From a virus, in the IMG/VR virus record IMGVR_UViG_3300003690_003472, positions 32,001 through 96,000 of that record: DNA of 64,000 nucleotides. One strand, 5' to 3'. Numbering within the stretch: position 1 is the stretch's first letter; every line of letters starts with the position of its first letter. A model generated the notes under the pieces. The model did no database searches, was not told the DNA's origin, and worked only from the letters and a program-made list of their open reading frames with translations. Positions 8,370 through 18,600 of this stretch are shown here, in pieces. A program made the position numbers and the translations under genes.

Positions 8370-11300
8370 GTGGGATCGATTATTAACAGACTACCCTCTA
8401 CGCCACGAAAGGCCCTCGCGAGCTTTAATATACCACCCGGCTACCTTAATGATTTTAATGTTGATGATATTGATTTTGAAAGTATTGATTTTCAATCTGA
8501 AAGTCCTGAATCTATTTTAAACCGAGTTCGCGACAAGGTTTTCTCTTCAAATAAATTTAAAACCTCCGGAACATTAATAGGAGTATTAATGAGAACGGAT
8601 AAAGATTTTAGTGAACATTGCACTTCATTAGAAATTGCTGCGGGCTCAGGGCAGGCACCCAAATCAAGAAAATATGCATTAAACACTTATAAAATCAGAA
8701 TTCCAGAACTTCATTTTATGTTGCCCGTTCCCAACAGCGTAACTACGCCAGACAAACAAGATAAAATTATTATGGATTCTTATCCCACGATACAAGCGGC
8801 AGATACTTCAGTCAACAATCAACCCATGTTACCTGGAGACTTAGTTAAAGTTGAAATTGCTAACAAGGGTGCAATATCAAGATTATATTGTACTGGGCCA
8901 CTAGACCCTAAAGCAACTGGCATGAGCAGATATGATAAAGAGAAATGTTATGCTGATTGTTTAGCAGAATTCACGCAAGGCGGTTCTGTTGGGGATTGCG
9001 CTGGTCAAGGGGAAAATTTAGCTAAATTAAATAGTGGTATACCACCAATTTCAACTGGCGGGTTAGTATCACTCCACAACGAAATTAGAGGACCGTACAA
9101 TAAACCGGCCGAAAATTGGTTAGCAAAAATTATTAAAGGATTACAGGCTAACAATAAATATAAAGGAGTGGTTTGGCTTGGGCCTATGGGCGACGGCAGT
9201 GATAATGATGATTTGGAGCGCGTCCAACCGGCGAAAGGTGGCCGCCAAATGCTAATATATGTACCAGTAGGAGTAAATTTAAAATCTAGAATAGAAATAA
9301 TATATTGGTTTCATAACAGTGCGGACTTTGCAGATAATAATTCTCCAAAAACATTATGGACTGGTTTACAGGAGCCTTTAAGTACTATGTTGAAGAAAGC
9401 TGGCAATAAAGACGTGCGCAATTTTGTACTTGTGGTACCTGAAATGTTGTGGTCTCGCGGTAAAGACTACAAAAGCGGCCAAACAAAGCGCGTCCAAGCT
9501 AAAATTAATTTAAAACCTTTTGAGAGTAAAAGATATAGAGATAGACATTGGGGTGCCTGGGGATTTGACGGTAAAATAAAAAATGATCTATCAGTAAAAC
9601 CGAGCGACGGAACACCTGTCGCCATGTCCGCCACGAACACCAGTCCTGCAGGCGCTGCCGTCGGCGGAGATATTTCTAAACTGCATACTAAAGTATTAAA
9701 GGTTTTAGAGGAAATTAACGGCTCGGCAACCGTTAGTAATCCATGGATAACTTTAGTTGGAGATAGATATGGAAGCGCCGCCTTGGGCGTTTTGGCGCGC
9801 AAAAGTTCTAGTGGTTTTGACGTTTTTGATGGTAAGCCGCCCAATAAAATACAATATTTTCACGGTGGTTATAGCGGAACACCCCTCAATGCATACTGTG
9901 ACAATGATTTATATCACATTATCAATTCTATAGGCAGCAGCGTTGCATTAGAGGTGCACTTGGGGGATCCTAAAACAAATGAACTTGATGGAACACCCGC
10001 TAGTTTTGTACCTCGCCGCGCCGCGGCAGCTTTTTTTGGATCTTTAAATTCTGCTTCAAAACTAGGCACTGAATTTAATGAAGCACTTCAAAGTGTTAAT
10101 AATACAATTAGCAAGGCAGGATTTGAATCCACAGGCGTCAATATAAAAGAAAACGAAGATGATATAATGAATGAATACGCCGCGGCCAACGCCGCCCACG
10201 GTGAGTTAAAAAAGCTTTATGATAAAGGCCTCGGCTTTATAAGTGGTGGAAAAACAGTTCGCATGTCGGGGCCATGGAAAAATATTGTTTTTAAAAAATG
10301 GAACGATACAAATACTTATAAATGGTTAACTTGGTTATCAGTCCCGGGCGAGGTTCCTACTGCTTTTTCCATTGAAACCGCTGAAGATGAACTTAATTCT
10401 AACCCAACAAAGCCCGGTACTCAAACTTGTAAAACTCCAGCTGCATATGATAAAGATGGAAAAGCATATGATAAAGATGGAAATCCACTTCCAGCCTGTA
10501 ATTTAAAATCAACAGAAGATCTCTGTCCGAAAGGGTCCTTGAAAAATCATACACCAAAACCAATTCCTCCAGAGCAAGTTGCAGCGTGTGAAAAGGCATG
10601 TGGCATAGTAGGTGCCTCAGAGAAAGCTCACGATGGAAAATTCTTTAATCAAGCAGATGCACACCCCATTGAAAATTTAATTATGGGCGTGCCTGCTCCT
10701 AATTTTAAATCAAATGACAGAAAACGAGATCCAAGTAAAATAACAACTATAGTGATGCATCAGAGTTGTGTTCCTTCTCGCAGCGGTACCATCAGAACAT
10801 TAAACGGTGGTAATAAGGGGAATCTTTGGCTAGGGACTCACTTTACTATTGATAAAAGCGGTAAAATTCAACAACACGTTGATCCAGAAAGATCAACAGC
10901 CCACGCGGGTTCAAAATTTAATTCCAAATCGATTGGAATTGATATACTTACGTGGTGTAAATATGGTGAAACCAAGAGCAGCGGGCTAAAAGACCGGGAC
11001 GCGGCATGGGCAGCTGGAACCGATGCGCAAAGCAAGTTTGCAAAGAAGTACGGGGTCGCCGCTATAAATCAGCTTATAAAAACCGGTTTAGGATGGAAGG
11101 GCATGCAGGTAGTAGGTAACCTTACCATGTTTGAAAAAACCTACCAACTAGTTAAAGCGCTTGTCGCCAAATATCCATCGCTCCAGTTTAAGTTTCCAGG
11201 CGCCACCCCCGGCGGCTATTTGTTTGATCAAGGGCCCGGAAATACTGGAATTGTTGCCCATGGTCACGTTTCGGGCGCCCGCTCCGACGGGCGCTATATA

Positions 11301-11486
11301 ACTCTTTATATGCACCTGCGACATTCCGGCAAAGGCCAGTTCAAGTCGTACGCGAATGTATTGAGGATGGCATGGCATTCAGGCGGCTATGATTCAGTGT
11401 CCCAGGGTAACGAATCAACAGGGAAGTCGCCAAAGAAAGTAAGAAAAGTTCCATGGTCCGCGGGCACCGGGCCCAACCCACTTTGA
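8370..11486 (+). CDS. Baseplate hub/tail-associated lysin (gp5-like N-terminus, alpha/beta-hydrolase-like middle, C-terminal Amidase_2)
   Basis: C-terminal IVMHQS, THFTIDKSGKIQQHV, AHAG, NSKSIGID and IVAHGH...D motifs of zinc N-acetylmuramoyl-L-alanine amidases; located at the head of the baseplate block. Confidence 0.7.
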   Translation: MGSIINRLPSTPRKALASFNIPPGYLNDFNVDDIDFESIDFQSESPESILNRVRDKVFSSNKFKTSGTLIGVLMRTDKDFSEHCTSLEIAAGSGQAPKSRKYALNTYKIRIPELHFMLPVPNSVTTPDKQDKIIMDSYPTIQAADTSVNNQPMLPGDLVKVEIANKGAISRLYCTGPLDPKATGMSRYDKEKCYADCLAEFTQGGSVGDCAGQGENLAKLNSGIPPISTGGLVSLHNEIRGPYNKPAENWLAKIIKGLQANNKYKGVVWLGPMGDGSDNDDLERVQPAKGGRQMLIYVPVGVNLKSRIEIIYWFHNSADFADNNSPKTLWTGLQEPLSTMLKKAGNKDVRNFVLVVPEMLWSRGKDYKSGQTKRVQAKINLKPFESKRYRDRHWGAWGFDGKIKNDLSVKPSDGTPVAMSATNTSPAGAAVGGDISKLHTKVLKVLEEINGSATVSNPWITLVGDRYGSAALGVLARKSSSGFDVFDGKPPNKIQYFHGGYSGTPLNAYCDNDLYHIINSIGSSVALEVHLGDPKTNELDGTPASFVPRRAAAAFFGSLNSASKLGTEFNEALQSVNNTISKAGFESTGVNIKENEDDIMNEYAAANAAHGELKKLYDKGLGFISGGKTVRMSGPWKNIVFKKWNDTNTYKWLTWLSVPGEVPTAFSIETAEDELNSNPTKPGTQTCKTPAAYDKDGKAYDKDGNPLPACNLKSTEDLCPKGSLKNHTPKPIPPEQVAACEKACGIVGASEKAHDGKFFNQADAHPIENLIMGVPAPNFKSNDRKRDPSKITTIVMHQSCVPSRSGTIRTLNGGNKGNLWLGTHFTIDKSGKIQQHVDPERSTAHAGSKFNSKSIGIDILTWCKYGETKSSGLKDRDAAWAAGTDAQSKFAKKYGVAAINQLIKTGLGWKGMQVVGNLTMFEKTYQLVKALVAKYPSLQFKFPGATPGGYLFDQGPGNTGIVAHGHVSGARSDGRYITLYMHLRHSGKGQFKSYANVLRMAWHSGGYDSVSQGNESTGKSPKKVRKVPWSAGTGPNPL
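10443..10483 (+). repeat. 21-bp period tandem duplication (AYDKDGK/AYDKDGN)
   Basis: GCATATGATAAAGATGGAAA at 10443-10462 and 10464-10483. Confidence 0.95.
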
Positions 11487-11510
11487 CCCAAAAGGATAGG
11501 AGAAATAATT

Positions 11511-12620
11511 ATGGATTTTGATACAGGAACATCTAGTCCAGGAGTACCGCCGTTAGGTGACCCTTTGACGCCCTCCGGTTGGAATCGCGATTGGAGACCA
11601 CCATCTTTATTTGCCGATTTTAAAGACGCAGATATGCCAGAAGAAGAGTTGGCAAGTTATAGCGGAATTGATGGTGCGCCAAGTAGCGAACTTTATTCTC
11701 TTTTGAATGCCGATAAAGCAACTGAAAGAGTGCTTGAAACCCAATATGGTTCCCACATTCGAATCGGCCGGGATCGAATGAACGAAAAGGATGATCCAAA
11801 AAGTGGAAAAAATTACGAATTTGGAGATGGATACGGCCCCGCCGGTGCCGCAGGTTGTGGTGCAGTTGATATTGTTGCCGGTTTAAATTCTATTGGTTTA
11901 TGGACCCCCGAAAGAAATGCGATGGGCATGCCGAATCCCACCGCACTTCCAAGACCTCCTGAGCCACCACTTAAAGTAAATCCAAATTATGCGCGCGACG
12001 CAGCAAGAGTATATATTTCTGCGCAGTGTGACGTTGATAGGCTGTTTGATTTGCAGAAAGGTACTATTGCTCCCAGTCCGGGAAAATCAGCAGCAGTAGT
12101 TAAGGCAGATCAAGTTAGAATTATTGGACGCGAAGGCGTTAAAATTCAGACCGGCACAGAGGAGACAAATTCTTTTGGACGTCCAGCGATGGCAGTTACT
12201 CCCATTAATTTTATTGCAGGTGATGCTCCACCATCTATGATGCAACCATTAGCAAAAGGAAAAAACGTTTTGAAGTCTTTAAATTCTTTACTGGATAGAA
12301 TTAATCAATTATCTGGAATTGTAGATAAATTTCTTCAATTTCAAATGAAGTTTAATGGAGCCATAATGGCTCACACACACCCTGACGGCGTGGCGATAAG
12401 TATTGGAGTTTTATCCGGCGCAGGCCCAACGGCTTTTATGAATGGATCTGTTTTGATGTCGTGGGATATGTCAGTGACTGGTTTTGAAGCTTGCATATCG
12501 GGACTCCTTGCCAAAAAAGATCTTATGATATTTAAGGGTGCAATGGTAGGGACCAAATTGGAAGGGTTACATCAATTTAGTCCTAAATATATTTGCAGTC
12601 GACAAGTTTTTACAAGTTAA
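11511..12620 (+). CDS. Baseplate spike/gp5 C-terminal-like protein
   Basis: Beta-strand-rich repeats (SHIRIGRDR, AARVYIS, VVKADQVRIIGREGVKIQT) and an HTH motif; directly follows the hub protein; AGGAG RBS. Confidence 0.5.
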   Translation: MDFDTGTSSPGVPPLGDPLTPSGWNRDWRPPSLFADFKDADMPEEELASYSGIDGAPSSELYSLLNADKATERVLETQYGSHIRIGRDRMNEKDDPKSGKNYEFGDGYGPAGAAGCGAVDIVAGLNSIGLWTPERNAMGMPNPTALPRPPEPPLKVNPNYARDAARVYISAQCDVDRLFDLQKGTIAPSPGKSAAVVKADQVRIIGREGVKIQTGTEETNSFGRPAMAVTPINFIAGDAPPSMMQPLAKGKNVLKSLNSLLDRINQLSGIVDKFLQFQMKFNGAIMAHTHPDGVAISIGVLSGAGPTAFMNGSVLMSWDMSVTGFEACISGLLAKKDLMIFKGAMVGTKLEGLHQFSPKYICSRQVFTS

Positions 12621-12643
12621 ACAATTATGAATGAGGTTAGATA

Positions 12644-15600
12644 ATGGCAGCCATTTATGGAACAGAAAAAGTAAAACAAGCAGCACGAAGAATTTGGTAT
12701 AAGCTAACAAAACAACCAGAAAAAGGTTTCATAGTGCAGATTGGAACTGAAGATAAAACCGTTACCGTTAAAGGTAAAGACTATCCTGTAATTGGCGCCC
12801 CCACATATAATATGAGTAGAGAGTTCTTTATAACTGCCATGGCAGCCGAATATGCAGCAACTTGGGCACAAAAAGATGAAAATAAAGATAAACAGTGGAC
12901 AGATTATATAAAAGAAAAACAAAGAGAATACAAGATGGGCAATGGTACCGTTGGACCCACTTTCGGAGCGCTTTCTTCGGGTGCAGAAATAGAAGACAAG
13001 ATTGATTGGTGGCGCCAAAAGAAAGCACACCTATCGCCAAATAGAATGTACTATGTTGTTCCTTTGGTTTTTGACAAAGTATTTAATAATTCTGCTCTCA
13101 AAGATTACATCGACCCCAACACTGAAAAATTAAAAATTTCAGATGGAATATTTAAAAATTTTCAAAAAGAAGAAGAAAAAGAAGATGAATTTTTAAATGG
13201 CATCAAAAGAATGGCTTTACAAAAGTTGGCTCTTAACTTATCAAAAGCGCTAACACACGATAACAAACAAGACGATGCAGCTAATTATGGCTTTTTTCCA
13301 ATCGGCTCTACAATAGTAAAAGAAACGACAAGCGGACCAGAGGAGATACAAATAGCCGAACATTGGTACATGGAAGCTCGTGGCAAAGAATATCAAAGAG
13401 TGTGGATAAAGGTTTTATTTGACAAAGATTGGATAGATGGATTGCCAAATAAAACTGATTCTTCATTAGACTTTACTCAAGTAACTCGCGAGGTTATGAT
13501 ATTTGCAAAAGATTTTCATAAACAACTAGAAGATCTTAAAATGATATTATATCACCTAGATGTTCAATTAAGAGGTAGTAACAACGTTGATGAAGCATAC
13601 CCAGCTATTGACATGTCTTTTGATGCAAACTGTACTGCTGGCAAAGTAGACAAAATATTTGAAGTTATTAATAACTTTTTAATTGCCAATGGAAAGCCAG
13701 ATCTAACAAACCCTGGCGACGCTCCTACAAATGCAGCAATACAATTTGGTTTTACTGAAGGCTTAGGCCTACAATATGTGGCATATAGTGATATGCCAGA
13801 TTGTTTGTGCGATCAAGAAAACTTAAATGCATATACCTTAAAAAAAGGCATTGATCAATTAAAAAACACACCTCCCATAGATCAACAAACCATTAATGGC
13901 TTTTTATATTACCTGCCAGAAATCACTAGCAAATATGCTAAATATTTTAAAACAAGCAATAAAAAAGCTGCTTTATTTGGAACGGAGCAATCATGGGTTG
14001 AATTTATACAGACATACGTATACCCAGAAACACCAATAATTCACTTAGTACCTGGATCTGATACAGATGATGATTCATTTTATATTTCTGCAATTCAAGA
14101 TATAATGGCCAATCCCGTTTGGGCCAAAGTTGCTGGCGGCGATTATATTAAAGATCCAATGAATTTATTGAGCCAAGAAATAAAAGATACAGTTTTGGCA
14201 GCTTCCAACGTTCAAAATATAAACGCTGGCGATGGCGCCCTCATGGAAGCTTTACACTCCGAACTGTTATCGATGACAGCACTTTATGATCAACTACTCA
14301 ACAGAATACCCATGGTAGATCTAATAAAAATGGCAGCTATAATGATTTTTAAGTGTATTGCTGGTGACGATTTAAAGAAGAGATTATGTAAGATGGCGCT
14401 AGAGAATATTCCAATCGAAGAGATCAGAATAGTATTATATCCTTGTTTGATGGAATTGGGCGAAGAAGGCGAAGCGGGAATAATAAAGCTTGAAGAACAA
14501 ATAACAGGCAGAAAAGGCATGTTATATGAATGGGCCAACGAACGCTTTCCAGATAAATTCCCACAAGATGGTGAGGCAGACGCCGCCGCCATGGCACAAA
14601 TGACAAAATTATATTGTGCAGATCCAAATTTTGCTAGCAAACTAGGAAGATCCCCAGATGATTTTAATCATGAATTGGCTGCGTGGGTTGACGATTCGGC
14701 CACCATGGCTATTTGCGATTGCGCAATCGAATTATATGGTAAAGCATTAGAATTATATAATAATGTTCAAGACCTCGCAGAAGATATTATTGATGCTGTC
14801 AATTCAGAAAAGAGCAAAGCAAAATCAATTGAAATGCAAGCAACCATATCTTTAGAAAGAATTTTTATGCCATTTTATAATGGAATAATAGACTTTTTAG
14901 ATAATTTTGGTAAAATGATTCTTAATGCACTAGTAGAAATGGTTAAACAAATAATAGTTTCTGCAGTATTAGTTACCCTTCAATATGTAAAAGCTGAAAT
15001 ATTAGGAAATCTTATGAAAGATTTGTGCGGCGGCAAAGGATTTTCTGGCCAAAACTTTGGCGATTTTATTATGGGACAGGAACTCTATAAAGATAAAGGA
15101 GAATTTGGACCATCTAAAATTCTCGAAAAGTTTGATATTAAAAATCTTAAAGGCTATTTCGGTGAAGATATACAAAGACTTTGGGATAGTATTTCAAGTT
15201 TGCATGAAGGTTATAGCCCAAGCGAGATTCAACGTATATTTACTACTCCATGTAACGACAATTCGGCCAATTCTATATATCAAAAACTACAAGCAGATTG
15301 GGCGGATCCGGCAGTTATTAGTAAATTATCTAGTGCATACCCAGGCATTCCACTGAATGAATTGTTGGCCGCCTCCGAAACAACAAATAAATCAGGAACA
15401 GAATTTCCTTTTACACCTCAAGATGGAACAGATATAGATATAACAAAGGAGTTAAACGGCCTCCCATCAGTTGGTGATATTCATGATTTTTGTAATGCTT
15501 TTGGAAAAACACTTGATAGATCGAAATTAGATCAATATCAACAAAATTATTTACAAACAAAACAAATACTTTGTGATTTATGCACGCCCGGTTCTGGCTT

Positions 15601-18600
15601 CGCTGAAGTTTTAGCAGCCTCTCTTGGAGACAAAGATGTTCTGCCACTCACCGAAGGAGAACAAGACAAGATGTGGAAAGATCTTGAATCTTTCTTTCCA
15701 CTTATAGATCCTCAACGCATGCAAGATAATATTCCTCCAATGTTTTGTGGCCCATGTACTCCTCGTCAACGCGGTATGGAACCGCTAATGCCCAAACAAA
15801 CTCACGAAACTCAAGTGTTTGCACAAGAAAAAATAAACAGAGACACATATAAGATTATTGATGAGGCTTTTAATAATGATTTATCGGTTTATAAAGGTAT
15901 TATTACAGAAACTGCAGCGCGACTAGGTGATTATCAAAAACAATTATTAGATGAAATTAATAAGCTGACTATTGTTATGTCAGGATCTAATCCACCACAT
16001 TATACAGCGAATATCATGGGCATTATGATACCAGACCAAGAAGAAGGAAAATATATGGGCGAAGACGGTAATCTGGCAACTTTTACCCCATTCGAAGCTA
16101 TGTCCTTTGCTTCGCTTCAAGTAGCAAATAATTATAAAATTCAAGAAGCAGAAGGAACAGCATTTGTAGCTGGCTCATTACGCGACTTGATTTTAAAAAT
16201 AATCGAAACAGACAATGCAGACCAAATAACAAGCTTTAATGAAGTTGAACAATATGCAGAACTTTCATATGAAATACCAAACACTCCATATCATATGTAT
16301 ACAATTTTTAATTTTGGCGACAAAGAACAAACCTTTAAATATGAAGGAAAAGAATTCGCAAAAATAAAACCAGGAAGTATAAAAATTATTGTTATGAATA
16401 CACATGCAGATGATATTGATTATGAATGGCCAAAATCTGATTCTTTGGCCGAAGAAGATCAAATGAAAAATTTTGATATGAATTCAGTACCATTTTTCTT
16501 GATGTTAAATTATCAGAACTATAACCAAAAGGTTCCGGCGGACTTTTATCTAGAATTTACCAACGCCTTATCTGCAGAGGGAATTAGCTTTTTAAAATCT
16601 TTGATACCAATTGCATCAAGTTATATTTTTGAAACAGTATTTTTGCGAGGAACACAGTATGATTTATTTAATGCACAAAAATTTTCAAATCTTCCACTAA
16701 CAAATGAAGAAGCAAAAAAACATTGTATTGGTAATGCTGGTGCCACACCACTATTAGATACTGAAAAAATGATAGACGATGTTAACAAAACTCGCGAAGC
16801 ATTAGAATGCGTTATTAGTTTTTTTGATAATCCAGACGCCGTACAAATATCAAACATTTATGGTCTTTATAAAATGATGATAAAAATTTGTATTATTGAA
16901 GAGTGTTTAAAAAACATTTTTGCATTTGGATTTATAAAAATATCTGATGTTTTGGAAACAAATGCTTATATGGATTATATGCTTAGAAACATAAAAGAGC
17001 TAGTTGATAGCGGATTAGGCGAGTCCGGATACAGCAAACTTCTTGAATATTCAGAAAAAATAGTTAATGGACGCTATCAACTGGGCCAACTTGATGAAGA
17101 TGAAGATCTAACTGCTTTAAAATCAAAAGAACAATGTTTAGAAATTTTAGTCAAAGAATCCGCATTAGAAATTAGTGATATATTTGACAATAGGGTAAAG
17201 TATCTTGTTGATCCTGAATGGGAAGAGAAAATGATTGCTTTTCAAGATATAGTAGATGAAGGAGAGCCACCAAACTTATTGCCACGATTTATTCAATATG
17301 CAATTAATCCTGTATATATGGATCCTCTTTATCATTCCATGCCAATTCCATCCGAAGGCTGGGTGTCCACGGGCGGATCAGAAGATGACCAATTTATGCC
17401 AATAGCAAGTATACCTGCTTTTATAAACTCTGTTGATGAAACTTTTCCATTTCCAATAGAAACACCCATGGGAGAAGAATATAAGTATAATGGTGGATTG
17501 TTTTTTGAACCATATATACGTGTAGAATCTAAACTAGAAGGGTCGACTTTTGAATGGAATGCAGAAAACGCAATAACGGAATTTTGGGTAAAATTTAAAA
17601 AAGCATATTATCTCAAAAAAGAACGACTTTTTGGCAACAAACCCGAACTGGTCGGGTATAGTCTAGGACTTGGTTCGGTTAAGGGGGTAGAAAACAGTCC
17701 ACCTTCCGTATTTGCTGGCGGGGGATTTGGCTCCACCGCCGAGCATGTTGACCACTCTTATAAGCTGAAGCATGAACATGGAAAATATGTACCTAATTTT
17801 AATGAAGGTCTAGTAGACACTCAGACTCATGAAGCGCGTCAGCAAATGTATGATTTCATAGATGATATGATTGGCATAATTGATGACGCGGACTCGCTTC
17901 TCGATTCGCCTTTATTCTTGAGATTTTTTAAAACTTTCTTTGCCCCCATGGGGCCTTCTTGGAATATTCCAAATGCCATTGATTGGAATGAGGTCGGGAT
18001 GTCCGGGAACGCAAAATGGTTGGGCCGCTCGCTTTCATTCATAGTTTCTTCTCTGGCTGGCCCAGCCGGATCCGATGGATACAGCGCCGACGGTATTCTT
18101 GGAAAAGATCTTTGGACAGCAAATTATCACAATGTTGGTACGGATGATTTATCTCAAGATTCAAGCTTCACGTGGCTAAATGGGCATTATTGGTGGCAAA
18201 ATAGCCCCCTAGGCGGATATATTGAACCAGGGAAGATAGGGAACTTAAATTATGCAAACAGAGGATGTACATCCTTTAATTTAGCAGGTATAGCTCCTGG
18301 CAGCGGCCCAGCATGCGCTGAGATCCCTGGAACCGATTCGGGGTTTGGGCCCGAGATCATCTGCAATCTCGATGAAGAAGGCGATGAAGGTAAAAGTATG
18401 ATAGCTAGCTTTTATTATGGCAAAAGCAGAAGACTTATCAGGAACGGTGTTGCATCATATGAAGGTATCTTTACCAATTTAAAAAACTTGGATGCAAATT
18501 TAATGAAATGGACAGGCGCGCTTCCAGGAAATGACGCCATTCGCGCTTCGTTAGGCGAGTTGTTGACATGGGAAGGGATCGAATTTGAGCCACTACAAAC

